From Candidatus Heimdallarchaeum endolithica (lineage in GTDB: Archaea; Asgardarchaeota; Heimdallarchaeia; Heimdallarchaeales; Heimdallarchaeaceae): a DNA stretch of 64,000 nt. The translations under genes were made by a program, and so were the position numbers. The notes under the pieces were generated by a model. The model did no database searches, was not told where the DNA came from, and worked only from the letters and a program-made list of their open reading frames with translations. The stretch lies in NCBI GenBank assembly GCA_021513715.1, contig CP084167.1:2272001-2336000 (forward strand), written 5' to 3'. Shown here in pieces: positions 39,244 to 50,136 of this stretch. Within the stretch, counting starts at the first letter, position 1; every line of letters begins with the position of its first letter.

Positions 39244-39459
39244 ATGAATCTTATTTCAATCAGATTACCAGATAGTTTCTTAAATACAATTGACGAAATG
39301 GTGTTGAATGGTAAGTATGCAAGTCGAAGTGAAGCAATCCGCTTGGCTCTGCGAGATTATTACCGAATGCATTTTGCTTCTAAATCGAATACTAACGATA
39401 TTAATCTACCAGATATCGATTTCGAACGATTAAGATCTAAAATAATTTTTGAAGAATAA
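39244..39459 (+). CDS. Ribbon-helix-helix regulator, CdrS/CopG-like
   Basis: LISIRLP....IDEMV..GKYASRSEAIRLALR. Confidence 0.88.
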   Translation: MNLISIRLPDSFLNTIDEMVLNGKYASRSEAIRLALRDYYRMHFASKSNTNDINLPDIDFERLRSKIIFEE

Positions 39460-39549
39460 TCTTCTTTTTTCTTTTTTAAATTAACCATTCTAAAATTTTC
39501 AATAATCAAATTGTTTAAAAAAACAATTAGGAAGGTAATTTGAATTGAA

Positions 39550-40212
39550 ATGGAATCAACTCAAAGAACAACAATTGATGCCAATAGTACTTATAAGAAT
39601 CCGTTAAAAAGAATAGTTGGACATTTACTTTTTTCTTATGATAGTTTTCTTGAATTACCCAACAAGTACCTTTTAGTAAACGCAATTTTGATAGCTTTTA
39701 TTTCATCAATGTTAGTTTTAGCTAATATCCTAGTTTTAATTAGTAAATTTGAACTAACAGGTACAATTGGGCAAGGATGGATTGATTTTAAAAATAATTT
39801 GATTTTATCAGCTCTTCTTACTCCTGGTTCTCTGTTGTTATGGGCTCTATTAATGCATTCAATGTTAAGTTTTATGGGTGGAAAAGGAAAATTTCTACGT
39901 TCTCTTGCGATATATTGTATTGCTCAAATCCCCGTAATTATTGGTGATCTGATCCTTTTAATTGTTGCTTTTACTCAACCAACTATAATCGCGGATGGGA
40001 GTTTAGATCCTGGTAGTTTTACTCAACTAACAGGACAATATTTCCATTCTCACTCCCTTGCTTCCTTGATTTTAACACCTTTTACAATACTTTATTCCAA
40101 TCTTGTTGCAGGAATTGGTATGAGTGCTGAACATAAAGCTCCAGAACTATTAGGTTGGATCTCTGGTGGAATTATTGCTTTATTTTCTATTTTACTAAGA
40201 ATTTTCGTATAA
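39550..40212 (+). CDS. Yip1-family membrane protein
   Basis: Five-TM pattern with H..L.FMGGKG.F..S...Y....P. Confidence 0.7.
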   Translation: MESTQRTTIDANSTYKNPLKRIVGHLLFSYDSFLELPNKYLLVNAILIAFISSMLVLANILVLISKFELTGTIGQGWIDFKNNLILSALLTPGSLLLWALLMHSMLSFMGGKGKFLRSLAIYCIAQIPVIIGDLILLIVAFTQPTIIADGSLDPGSFTQLTGQYFHSHSLASLILTPFTILYSNLVAGIGMSAEHKAPELLGWISGGIIALFSILLRIFV

Positions 40213-40225
40213 GTTTAAAAAAGAA

Positions 40226-41422
40226 TTAGTTCTCTTTCTTATACTCTTCTAACATTTCTTTAACTTTTTTCTTCAGAATTTCAGCTTTATCAGTATTTTC
40301 CCAAGTAAATTCAGGTTCTTCTCTTCCGAAATGTCCATAGACTGAAGTTTTCTTGTAAATAGGTCTTCTTAAATTGAGTTGTTCTGAAATCATTCCTGGA
40401 CGAAAATCAAAAATTACATCGACAGCTTGACGAATAATCTCAACAGGATATTTCTCTGTTTTAAAACATTCAATATTTTGAGCTAAAGGAATCGGCTCCC
40501 CAATAGCATAAGAAACTTGTACTTCACATTTTTTAGCTAATCCTGCTGCGACAATATTTTTCGCGACATATCTTGCGTAGTAAGATGCTGATCTATCAAC
40601 TTTTGATGGGTCTTTACCACTAAATGCTCCTCCTCCATGGCTGTCTACGCCTCCATAGGTGTCGACAATAATTTTTCTTCCTGTCAATCCTGAATCGCCA
40701 TGAGGACCGCCAATTACAAACCTTCCAGTTCTGTTGATATAAATCTTAGTTTCGTCATCAATTAGTTTAGATGGAATTACTTTGTTAATTACTTCTCTTT
40801 TAATTCCTTCCTCAATTTCTTCCGTAGAAACATCTTCTGTGTGTTGTGCAGCAATAACAATTGCATGAACACGTATGGGTTTGTCTTCCTCATATTCAAC
40901 AGTAACTAATGATTTGCCATCAGGACGTAGAAAAGGTAATATTCCCTTTTTTCTTACTTCACTTAGTTTTTTTGTTAGCTTATGAGCTAATACAATCGGT
41001 AAAGGCATATATTCTGGTGTCTCATCACAAGCATATCCGTACATGATTCCTTGATCTCCTGCTCCTTGTTTTTCTATTTTTGACTTTGATACACCTTGGT
41101 CTATATCTGGAGATTGTGCATGAAGAGCATTGATAACTGCGCACCCTCTATAATCAAAACCGATTGATGAGTCATTATATCCTATTTCTTTAATTGTTTC
41201 TCTAACAATTCTATGAATCTCTTCATTTGATAGTGGTACTATGGTTTTAATTTCTCCTCCTACGAGTACTAATCCAGTTGTTACAAATACTTCACAAGCA
41301 ACATGAGCTTCTGGGTCTTTTGCTATAATGTAATCTAAAATAGAATCTGAAATTTGATCACATATTTTATCAGGGTGTCCTTCAGTAACACTTTCAGAAG
41401 AGATAAATTTACGGCAAATCAT
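40226..41422 (-). CDS. metK: S-adenosylmethionine synthetase, bacterial/eukaryotic type
   Basis: [40 protein letters not shown]. Confidence 0.97.
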   Translation of the reverse strand: MICRKFISSESVTEGHPDKICDQISDSILDYIIAKDPEAHVACEVFVTTGLVLVGGEIKTIVPLSNEEIHRIVRETIKEIGYNDSSIGFDYRGCAVINALHAQSPDIDQGVSKSKIEKQGAGDQGIMYGYACDETPEYMPLPIVLAHKLTKKLSEVRKKGILPFLRPDGKSLVTVEYEEDKPIRVHAIVIAAQHTEDVSTEEIEEGIKREVINKVIPSKLIDDETKIYINRTGRFVIGGPHGDSGLTGRKIIVDTYGGVDSHGGGAFSGKDPSKVDRSASYYARYVAKNIVAAGLAKKCEVQVSYAIGEPIPLAQNIECFKTEKYPVEIIRQAVDVIFDFRPGMISEQLNLRRPIYKKTSVYGHFGREEPEFTWENTDKAEILKKKVKEMLEEYKKEN

Positions 41423-41454
41423 TAAAAAAGAACTTAAAAAGACTTCTTTAAATT

Positions 41455-42018
41455 TTATGGTTCTTCGTTTTTTATAGTCTTAATTTTTTTCTCGTTACTT
41501 ATATGATAAAGTTTCAAAATATCTGTATATGTCTGAGCTTTAAATCTCTGTCTGTCTAGTGAGAAAAACGATATCGTTTTTTCTATATCATCTTGTGTTC
41601 CCTCAATTTCGATAACAAACCCTATTTTTTTGAAGAAATCAATTGTTATTAGACAGTTGTTATAATTCAGGAATTTTCTTTCCTTTTTTACTTCTCTTAT
41701 TTTTTTATATCCCATTCTTTTAAAAATTGATTCTAAAACAATTCCATCGCTTATTTGTGTCTCTAATTCTTCTCTTATTTTATATCCTTGTGACGTGTCG
41801 ACCTTTCCTTTATATGTTAAATAATATTTTTCACCTTGCTTTCTTAACCTTAATTCACAGTTTCTTTTCTTTAATTCTCTGCTTTTATCTAAAAAAATGT
41901 CGACAATTTGCTCTGTGAAAAATTGTTTGTTGATTTTTTTTTCTATTTTACTTTGGATATTTTCTATAATTTCCTTTTCTTCAGGAAAAAAATATGCTTT
42001 TAACTCTGTTTCGTTCAT
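41455..42018 (-). CDS. CYTH-domain protein (class IV adenylate cyclase / triphosphate tunnel family)
   Basis: ETELK, LRLR, LTYKG, REELE, IEIE. Confidence 0.88.
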   Translation of the reverse strand: MNETELKAYFFPEEKEIIENIQSKIEKKINKQFFTEQIVDIFLDKSRELKKRNCELRLRKQGEKYYLTYKGKVDTSQGYKIREELETQISDGIVLESIFKRMGYKKIREVKKERKFLNYNNCLITIDFFKKIGFVIEIEGTQDDIEKTISFFSLDRQRFKAQTYTDILKLYHISNEKKIKTIKNEEP

Positions 42019-42097
42019 TAATTGCAGGATATACTATTATTATTTGAACATTGTTTTTAGGAAATTTTATTAAGACTGCTCCAAATAGTTAATTGTT

Positions 42098-42775
42098 ATG
42101 AATGTTTCAGACCAAGGTTCCAAACTAGACACTATTATTTCTAAATTAAGAAATAACTTAGATCAGTCTTTCTGGTTAGGAAAAGGAACACGTAATTCTT
42201 TTAAAAAAAACATAAAAGATTTCCACGAAAAAGGGATTTTAACAAAGGCCGAATACAATTATATTCAAAAGAATGAACGTAGAGTTTTAACTAAAGCTCA
42301 ACTTATTCATATTATCCCAGAGATACAACAAAAGGATATACTAGAAAATACTATAAGAAATCTTTCTCGTGTTATTGTAAAGAAAAAAAGTAGCTCAATA
42401 GATGTTTCAGAAGAAAGTGTAAAGCAAAACTTACAAAATGAAGTGCGTAATCATATGAAAGATATATTTGGAGAGAAATTCGAGACTGTGTCTGATGAAT
42501 TTGATAATGTGATATCAATAATTCTAAACAGTGTAGATGTGAGTTTGGAGCTCGAAAAACTTTCTAATCGATTGATTTCAATAAGGGATGCACTTTTAGA
42601 AAAAGGATACAGTAGAATGTTGATTTATGATATTGATAGACTAGCTGCAAGAATGTTAAGTCTGTCTAAAAAGAGCAATCCTGGAGAAATGCCGTCACGA
42701 GAAGAGCTAGCTGATCATATCAAACAATTATATTATAACTATAAAATGTCATCCAAAGACAACAGACTTAGTTAA
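42098..42775 (+). CDS. Hypothetical protein
   Basis: 225-aa helical ORF; no motif recognised. Confidence 0.65.
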   Translation: MNVSDQGSKLDTIISKLRNNLDQSFWLGKGTRNSFKKNIKDFHEKGILTKAEYNYIQKNERRVLTKAQLIHIIPEIQQKDILENTIRNLSRVIVKKKSSSIDVSEESVKQNLQNEVRNHMKDIFGEKFETVSDEFDNVISIILNSVDVSLELEKLSNRLISIRDALLEKGYSRMLIYDIDRLAARMLSLSKKSNPGEMPSREELADHIKQLYYNYKMSSKDNRLS

Positions 42776-42969
42776 TAACTTTTTTTTAATTTTGATATTT
42801 TGATACTTATTCTACTAATACAATTTTTTATTTTATTGATTTGAATTTATAATGTGCATTGAAAAAAAGATTTAAATAAAAATAGAAAATTGTTATAATA
42901 GTTTTGAGTGATTTTACTCGAAAAATTAAGATTCTAATTGTTTCTTGACATATAAAAAAGGTTATTCAA

Positions 42970-44880
42970 TTGAGTTACAAAGAAGTACTAGACGAAATAT
43001 CAAAAAGCATTAAGAAAGAGTTACCACCAAACTCTGGAGTGACTACTATAGAATTTGAAGGGCCAGAAGTAGCTGTTTACAGTAAGAATCCTCAGATTCT
43101 AGTAGAAGATGAAACCTTAGTTAGAAAACTAGCAAAAAAGCTTCGAAAGAGGATAGTAATTAGATCTGATCCAAAGGTAAGACTTCCAAAAGATGAAGCG
43201 ACATATTTTGTACAGAAATTGATTGGCGAAGAAAGCAATATTACAACTATAGATTTCGATGATAGCCTAGGTGAAATAATAATAGAAGCAGACAAACCAG
43301 GTGTAATAATTGGTAAATCTGGTGAGACTTTAAGAAAAATAATATCAGAAACATTTTGGAGGCCAAGAGTCCAACGTACTCCTCCTATTGAATCAAAAGT
43401 GATTAAAACCATCCGACATGTGTTACAAGAAGACGCAAAGCGAAGGCAAGAAATTTTGCGTATGATAGGTAAAAGGATTCATCGCCCTCTCATTTATCGT
43501 AATGACACAATACGTGTGACAGGTTTAGGTGGATTTAGTGAAGTGGGAAGAAGCTCAGCATTGGTGCAAACTGGAGAATCTAGAGTATTAGTTGATTGTG
43601 GAATTAGTGTGGGGGCGCAAACCCCTCAATATACTTTTCCCAGATTTGATTTTCCTGAATTTGACATAGAAGAGTTGGATGCAGTAGTTGTGTCTCACGC
43701 ACATTTGGATCATTCAGGATTTGTCCCCTATCTATTCAAGTATGGTTATAAGGGTCCAGTATATGCAACTAAACCTACACGTGACTTAATGACAATGTTA
43801 CAAATAGATTATCTAGATGTTGCATCAAAAGAAGGAAAACTCCAACCCTATTCCCAAAAAGAGATTAGAGAAACGGTGCTTCATACAATTGTTTTAGATT
43901 TTAATGAGGTTACTGACATTGCTCCAGACTTAAGGTTAACATTTTATCATGCGGGCCATATAGTTGGAAGTGCTATTCCTCACCTTCATGTGGGAGAAGG
44001 GTTGTATAATATGGCTTTTGCTCAAGATATAAAATATGCGCGTTCAAGGTTATTAGACCCAGCAACAGTGCGTTTTCCAAGATTAGAAACACTGTTTATT
44101 GAGTCTACATATGGAAATCCGAATGATATTTTGCCGACTCGTACAGATAGTGAAAAACAATTAGAAGATGTAATAGTTGAAACTGTTAAACGTGGAGGAA
44201 AAGTCCTTATCCCTGTTCTGGCTGTGGGCAGAGCCCAAGAAATAATATTGGTTCTAGAGGAAATGATGAGAGCAGAAAGGATTCCATTAATACCTGTTTA
44301 TACTGATGGAATGATACGCGAAGCTACTGCTATCGTTTCAGCTCACCCAGAAGCGCTTTCTAAATCTGTTCGTGATAGAATTTTCCATGACGGTGAAAAT
44401 CCATTTTTGGCAGAACAATTTAATCATGTCTCCTCACAAGAAGAAAGAGAACGAATAGTGTTGGGTGATCCAGCAATAATTCTAGCAACAAGCGGGATGC
44501 TAAACGGTGGACCAAGCGTTTACTACTTTAAAGAACTTTGTGAAGACGAGAAAAACGCTTTAGTGTTTGTAAGTTATCAAGGTAAAGGAACTCTGGGTAG
44601 TAGAATACAGAAAGGTATTACAGAGGTACAAATGTTTGAAGATGGAAAAACAATTATGTATCACATTATGATGCAAGTACACAGTATTTCAGGTTTTACA
44701 GGGCATAGCGATAGAAGAGAACTAGAAAATTATATCCGTAAAGTTACACCCAAACCTGAACGATATGTTATGATACATGGAGAATCAACAAAAGTGGTAA
44801 AATTAGCTTCATGGGCATACAAAACTGTAAGAAAAAATTGTCTTTCGCCATCAAATGGAACAACGATTAGATTACATTAA
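42970..44880 (+). CDS. fttA: aCPSF1 / FttA transcription termination ribonuclease (KH + MBL + beta-CASP)
   Basis: EFEGPE, KPGVIIGK KH motif, SHAHLDH, AGHIVGS, ESTYG, GFTGHSD, HGE. Confidence 0.95.
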   Translation: MSYKEVLDEISKSIKKELPPNSGVTTIEFEGPEVAVYSKNPQILVEDETLVRKLAKKLRKRIVIRSDPKVRLPKDEATYFVQKLIGEESNITTIDFDDSLGEIIIEADKPGVIIGKSGETLRKIISETFWRPRVQRTPPIESKVIKTIRHVLQEDAKRRQEILRMIGKRIHRPLIYRNDTIRVTGLGGFSEVGRSSALVQTGESRVLVDCGISVGAQTPQYTFPRFDFPEFDIEELDAVVVSHAHLDHSGFVPYLFKYGYKGPVYATKPTRDLMTMLQIDYLDVASKEGKLQPYSQKEIRETVLHTIVLDFNEVTDIAPDLRLTFYHAGHIVGSAIPHLHVGEGLYNMAFAQDIKYARSRLLDPATVRFPRLETLFIESTYGNPNDILPTRTDSEKQLEDVIVETVKRGGKVLIPVLAVGRAQEIILVLEEMMRAERIPLIPVYTDGMIREATAIVSAHPEALSKSVRDRIFHDGENPFLAEQFNHVSSQEERERIVLGDPAIILATSGMLNGGPSVYYFKELCEDEKNALVFVSYQGKGTLGSRIQKGITEVQMFEDGKTIMYHIMMQVHSISGFTGHSDRRELENYIRKVTPKPERYVMIHGESTKVVKLASWAYKTVRKNCLSPSNGTTIRLH

Positions 44881-44893
44881 TTTTTAATACTCT

Positions 44894-45475
44894 TTATTTT
44901 TCAAAACGTAAATACCAACCCAAATCAAAAGGGCGATGTTTATATCCCTTAATTATTACAGTGTTTGGTGGTGCTGAAGATAATTCATTAGAATCAACTA
45001 GAGCTTTTCCCACACCATAAAATAATCCTGAATCTTTTTTTCCTCTTCCATAGACTGCAAGCCAATTCCCTTTTTTAAACGGTAATGTGTATTCATTAAC
45101 ATTTGCCAAAACAATATCTTTTCCATATAGAAACTGTTTTGTTTTTATAATTAGCCTTTTTTCCATATATTTATTGAAATAAAAACCCCCAGTAATCTCA
45201 AGTTGGAATTGTTTTTCATGTATAATTCCAATGGGATAACCAGCTAGAAATATATTTTTAGTCAATTCTAATGAATTATTACGAATGAACTCTATTGTAT
45301 CTTTTAATTCTTTATTAACAATGTAGACTTCTTTTACTCCTCTCTGTTTTATGAAAATTGATTTGTTATTCATAATTTCCCTTACTTTTGTATCAAATTC
45401 TTTTAATAAAAATGACAAAACGATTTGTTCTTCTTCTTTGCTTGCTTTTTTAAATAAGGTTTCAGTTTTTACCAC
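44894..45475 (-). CDS. NIP7-like PUA-domain ribosome biogenesis protein
   Basis: FLYGKDI and DLGWYLR motifs; overlaps the NOP2-like gene. Confidence 0.75.
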   Translation of the reverse strand: MVKTETLFKKASKEEEQIVLSFLLKEFDTKVREIMNNKSIFIKQRGVKEVYIVNKELKDTIEFIRNNSLELTKNIFLAGYPIGIIHEKQFQLEITGGFYFNKYMEKRLIIKTKQFLYGKDIVLANVNEYTLPFKKGNWLAVYGRGKKDSGLFYGVGKALVDSNELSSAPPNTVIIKGYKHRPFDLGWYLRFEK

Positions 45476-46436
45476 TTTCTTTCACCATCTTAGCAATAAA
45501 AAAACCTTCGCCATTAGTTTTATGAGGATATAATCTTACTGCTTTCTTTAGTTCGGGAGAAAAAGAATAATTTGCAAATTTAGTAACTCCTCTTTCAAAG
45601 GAAAATGGAATGTCAACCAATTTTAAGTCATTATCTTTTAGAACTCTGTCAATTACTAATTCATTTTCTTCTGGTTCTAATGAACAAGTGCAATAAACGA
45701 TAGTTCCTCCTTCCTTAAGAGTTTGAATAGCTGCATCTAGAAGTTCTGTTTGTAATTTTGAGTATATTGCTAAATCTTCTTCTTTTTTTGAAGTTTTTCT
45801 TGAGGGGTCATTAATAATTACTCCAGAGCCAGAACAAGGGGCATCTAACAAAATTTTATCAAATTTAATTTTTGATTTAACTATAGCTCTTGCATCGGTG
45901 TTTAGAACAATAGTGTTTTGTACTCCCATGCGAACAATGTTTGAATAAAGAGATGTGCATCTTCTTTTACTTCGTTCTATAGATATAATTTTTCCTTTGT
46001 TTTTCATCAATTGGGCAATGTGAGTTGTTTTTCCTCCTGGAGCAGCAGCAAAATCTCCGATCATTTCATGGGGTTTAGGATCCAAAATAAGAGGGGGGAA
46101 CATTGAATTTTTTCCTTGAACCATATAATAACCATTGAGATATTCAATCGTAGCCCCAATTGAGATTGGTGAGAAAACTATCTCTCGTGCTTCTGGAATA
46201 TCTCTTATCTTTTTGAAAATAATTTTTTTTTGAAGAAGTAGAAAATCAATTTCAGAGAATTGTGTTTTTAAATTATTTAACCTAATTACAGTTTTTAATT
46301 TCTTTTCATTAAATTTTAGAAGTTTGATAGTTTCTTTTTCACCAATAAGTTCTACAAATCGCTGGATCATATAAGGTAAATAACCTAGTTTATTTCCAAG
46401 ATCATAAACATCTGAGTAACTGATTTCATCCAGCAT
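45462..46436 (-). CDS. RsmB/NOP2/NSUN family RNA m5C methyltransferase
   Basis: AAAPGGKTT, ILLDAPCSG, YCTCSL..EENE, GFFIA. ATG at 46436 chosen as start. Confidence 0.93.
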   Translation of the reverse strand: MLDEISYSDVYDLGNKLGYLPYMIQRFVELIGEKETIKLLKFNEKKLKTVIRLNNLKTQFSEIDFLLLQKKIIFKKIRDIPEAREIVFSPISIGATIEYLNGYYMVQGKNSMFPPLILDPKPHEMIGDFAAAPGGKTTHIAQLMKNKGKIISIERSKRRCTSLYSNIVRMGVQNTIVLNTDARAIVKSKIKFDKILLDAPCSGSGVIINDPSRKTSKKEEDLAIYSKLQTELLDAAIQTLKEGGTIVYCTCSLEPEENELVIDRVLKDNDLKLVDIPFSFERGVTKFANYSFSPELKKAVRLYPHKTNGEGFFIAKMVKESGKN

Positions 46437-46521
46437 AAATAAATAAACAAACAAACGTAATAATAAGTTTTTGACTATTAGATAATTGGAAGACGGTATT
46501 GAAAAATAAAAGAATAAAATT

Positions 46522-47421
46522 TTATTCAGTTGATAACCTCTTTGCTCTTCTAATTTCAGTAATTGCATCAATTGCTTCAAATCTAACTCGCTCATCAGGA
46601 TCCTTTGTTGAAATTATAATTAACTTGTTAATAGCTTCTTCAGTCTTTAACTCTCTTAGTATATCTATTGATTCCATTTTTATTTTTGGGTTGTTATCAT
46701 CTAAACATTTTAAGCAACATTCAATTATTTGTTCTTTATTCTCAGTTTTAACTGCAACTATTTTATTCAATTCTTGAAGTGCACTCAATTTTACTTCCCA
46801 ATTTTTGTCATCAGTTTGTTCTACTAGCAAAGGTACTGCACTCCTTATCAATCTAAAAGTGATAAATCTTGTAGCAACATCCCGAATAAATGGGTCTGTG
46901 TGTCTAAGAAAAGGTATGACCAATTCTTCAGAGATCTTATCAGATAGTTTTAAACCTATTAAAACTCTTTCTGCTTCATTTTTCACTGCATCATTTTCAT
47001 CTGACAGTGCTTTAAAAAGAGGTTTTATTATCTGTATACTGTCAAAAGAAGCTAATGCTTTTACAGCTTCATATCTTACCTTATCATTTTGATCGAGGAT
47101 TCTTTTTGCAATATATTCAATGCATTGTTCGTCTTTTAACAATGCCAAACTTCTTAGAGCAGAAACTCTTACTTCGTATGAAAGATCATGAAGAGAATCA
47201 ATTAAGGGAAAAAGAGATTTTTTACTACCCATTTTTCCTAACATTTCTGCTGCATAAGCTCTGATTTCTTGTTCATCATCAGATAAGGCTCTAATTAATG
47301 CTTGGATGCTCTCATCTATTTCAGGTTTTTCAGCTAATTGTTCGATGGCTAATAAACGAAGAGCTAGAATTTGATTTTTATCTTTTAATGTATTTATTAG
47401 CTTTGTTATATTATTACTCAT
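46522..47421 (-). CDS. HEAT-repeat (PBS-lyase-like) protein
   Basis: Repeated L..AL.D.D..VR..A...LG units. Confidence 0.88.
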   Translation of the reverse strand: MSNNITKLINTLKDKNQILALRLLAIEQLAEKPEIDESIQALIRALSDDEQEIRAYAAEMLGKMGSKKSLFPLIDSLHDLSYEVRVSALRSLALLKDEQCIEYIAKRILDQNDKVRYEAVKALASFDSIQIIKPLFKALSDENDAVKNEAERVLIGLKLSDKISEELVIPFLRHTDPFIRDVATRFITFRLIRSAVPLLVEQTDDKNWEVKLSALQELNKIVAVKTENKEQIIECCLKCLDDNNPKIKMESIDILRELKTEEAINKLIIISTKDPDERVRFEAIDAITEIRRAKRLSTE

Positions 47422-47515
47422 ACTTATCAATGACAATCTCTTTTTATTTTTATAATTCTTTTCTAGGAAAATTACGTTTTTAAAGGGATAAATTGTTTAT
47501 CTCACTGAAGCAAGA

Positions 47516-48547
47516 ATGACAGAAACAGTTTGTGCATATCTATTAGGAGGGGAACCTTATACAAGACAAGAACTTGCAAAAAGATTAGGAAAGAAAGGAA
47601 CATCAAGTGATATATGTCTTTATAACTATTCAAAAGAATTTACCTTGCAAATAGTTGATCCTATACGCTATCCTGACAAACCGTTAACTCTATTTGAAAC
47701 TATTTTTATGGCTGATGTTCCCATAGTTATTATTCCACCAGAAGGGCCTGATATTCACACAGGTGAGTTTTTACTTTTATTATCTGCACTTGGTTATAAA
47801 AATGGGGTTTTTGTTATTGTAAGTGAAAATCAGTATGTTGATATTGTTAATGTTGAGAAAAAAGTGCATAAAATAACAAAAGGATTAATTGTAGAACAGT
47901 ATCCTTTCCTCCATGTTGATATAGCAAAAGGAGAAACTATACAAGAGCTCAGATCTTTAATAAAAGAGAAAGCCATTCAAATCCCTGACTATAAATGGGC
48001 TGATGAAACTCATTCTCGTGTAGATGTAGACCATGTTTTTCCAGTAACTGGGATAGGAACAGTAATACTTGGAAGAGTACGGTCTGGAGAAATTGAAAAA
48101 GGTGATCAAATACATGTTTTTCCTTCAAATAGAACTTCTGTGATTCGATCTATTCAAATTAATGATGTGGATGTAAAAAAGGCAATAAATGGTGATAGAG
48201 TAGGCTTAGCACTTAGGGGGTTGTTACCGAAAGATGTAGAAAGAGGGTATGTACTCTCTAAAAATGTTAGTTGGAATATTTCTAAAGATATTGAAGTTAG
48301 TCTTGAACTGACTCCTTATTCCAAATTACCTGAAGTAGGAAAAACTAGACATATAATTTCGGGTCTACAAGCTATTAGTTCAAAAGTCAAAAGATGTGAA
48401 AAAGAATCTAATGATTCTGAAAATGTATATGAATTAACACTAGAATTAGAAAAACCAATTGTATATTTTCACACAGAGCCTGGAATATTAGTAGATTTAA
48501 ATAGTCGACCAAAAATAATAGGAAAATGTTCCTTTAAGATAAAATGA
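47516..48547 (+). CDS. Archaeal SelB-like protein (EF-Tu domain II, degenerate G domain)
   Basis: LGKKGTSSDI, VDHVFPVTGIGTVILG, IRSIQ..D, GDRVGLAL. Confidence 0.85.
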   Translation: MTETVCAYLLGGEPYTRQELAKRLGKKGTSSDICLYNYSKEFTLQIVDPIRYPDKPLTLFETIFMADVPIVIIPPEGPDIHTGEFLLLLSALGYKNGVFVIVSENQYVDIVNVEKKVHKITKGLIVEQYPFLHVDIAKGETIQELRSLIKEKAIQIPDYKWADETHSRVDVDHVFPVTGIGTVILGRVRSGEIEKGDQIHVFPSNRTSVIRSIQINDVDVKKAINGDRVGLALRGLLPKDVERGYVLSKNVSWNISKDIEVSLELTPYSKLPEVGKTRHIISGLQAISSKVKRCEKESNDSENVYELTLELEKPIVYFHTEPGILVDLNSRPKIIGKCSFKIK

Positions 48548-48550
48548 AAA

Positions 48551-49441
48551 CTAAAGCTTTAGCTCTTCTATTAATATCTGAACAGGTTCATTTTCAAGTT
48601 TAACGTCGTCTGTCAATAGTAAGTCATAAACATAATACACTATGCCTTCAACAGTAGTGTTAGGTCCTAATTTGACAGTAGCAGCTTTAACATCTTTATT
48701 GATATAAGTGTCTTCGATTTCTACTGTTTTTTTAGCAAAAATTGTTCCTTCAATGGTAGATAACTCCCGACGCTTGAATAATCTTATCTCCATAATTCCT
48801 CTCCTACCCTTTATGTATACGTTTTCTCCTACTATATTACCAAAAATTTCTGCTTTTCCTGATAGTGTTATATCTTTTTTTGATAATATATTTCCTTGAA
48901 CTTCTATAGAACCAGATAATTGTACACCTTCATCGGCTTGAACGTTATCTTCAACAAGTATCGAACCAGCCCCTATTAATTGACCTGATAATAATACGTT
49001 TCCTCCAATTTTTGCAGAACCACTGAATTTAGCACCTTTGTCTGAATGAAGAAAACCCTCTGCTTTGAATGACCCTGAACATTTTACAAAACCATGTGCA
49101 GTTATATTTCCGCTGGCCTTTATTGCTCCAGCACATTTTATAGAATTACACTCAATGTCTCCATCAATTTTACCAGAACCTGAAATTCGAATGTCTCTAA
49201 GAATTTTTCCACCAGAAATTTTAGAAGAACCAGCAATAGACAAATCTTTGTCAGTCAATATTTGTGATCCAGAAACTTTGATATCTATTATTGAAGAGGG
49301 ATCCTTTAATGCCTTCTCTAGGCGTTTTTCATATCTCTCCTTTAATTCGTTATAACTCCCCTCATCAATTTCTCCAGATTTATATCTTTTTTCAAGAAGT
49401 TCAAGTAACTCTTTTGTTAGTATTATTTCGTTTTTTGACAT
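48551..49441 (-). CDS. Bactofilin-like (polymer-forming) beta-helical protein with an N-terminal SHOCT-like segment
   Basis: Repeats of (I/V).(I/C)SGS.(K/E)I.G; LEKRYKSGEIDE.SY.ELK. Confidence 0.75.
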   Translation of the reverse strand: MSKNEIILTKELLELLEKRYKSGEIDEGSYNELKERYEKRLEKALKDPSSIIDIKVSGSQILTDKDLSIAGSSKISGGKILRDIRISGSGKIDGDIECNSIKCAGAIKASGNITAHGFVKCSGSFKAEGFLHSDKGAKFSGSAKIGGNVLLSGQLIGAGSILVEDNVQADEGVQLSGSIEVQGNILSKKDITLSGKAEIFGNIVGENVYIKGRRGIMEIRLFKRRELSTIEGTIFAKKTVEIEDTYINKDVKAATVKLGPNTTVEGIVYYVYDLLLTDDVKLENEPVQILIEELKL

Positions 49442-49654
49442 ACTTCATTTCACTATATTAATAGTTGTGATTTAATATAAAATAATTCTTTAAATTCCTT
49501 ATCTCAAAAGATAAAACACAAAGTTGAAAGTATTAACTCGTTGGTTTAACATTTCCTCCTTGTTAATCTCTTTTCGCTAATATAATACAAAAAATAGAGG
49601 AAAGTTTTTTTATTTAAGAATATTTTTAAACTTAAATTACATCATTTATCTGTA

Positions 49655-50089
49655 ATGCAAACTCCGAATTTAGAGGAAACCAAACTTGTAGATACAATAT
49701 TTTCTATTTTTAAAGACATAACTAGGCGAAAGATTCTGTCTATGCTGTTGGAAATAAATAGGACTGCAGATGAAATAACAAAGGAATTGGGTATTAGTAG
49801 ACCAGCAGTTGAAAAACACCTTAAAATGATGCTTGATATTGGCTTAATAGAAAGAAGAGCAGAAACATATCCAACAATGAAATATTTCTATTCTATTCCA
49901 GAGCCAGGTAAAGAATTAATCTCCAATCTCTATGATGATATTGAAACTTTTGTTAGTTCTATGAGAGATGAATATACTAGACGATTAGACCAAGAAGAGC
50001 AGAAATTCATTTTAGGGATGTCAAGTAAAGAACATTATGACGCCATAAAAGTTGTACATGAGAAAATACTGAAAAAGTACATGTTTTAA
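49655..50089 (+). CDS. ArsR-family HTH regulator
   Basis: TRRKILSML, ISRPAVEKHLK.M...GLI. Confidence 0.85.
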   Translation: MQTPNLEETKLVDTIFSIFKDITRRKILSMLLEINRTADEITKELGISRPAVEKHLKMMLDIGLIERRAETYPTMKYFYSIPEPGKELISNLYDDIETFVSSMRDEYTRRLDQEEQKFILGMSSKEHYDAIKVVHEKILKKYMF

Positions 50090-50136
50090 TAAATCTTTAA
50101 TAGAGATCTTTCTTTTTCGCTAGTAAGTGATGTATA

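Noticed and set aside
42098-42775. Vps28/ESCRT-I similarity
   Set aside because: Only a short GILTKAEY resemblance, and no ESCRT genes nearby
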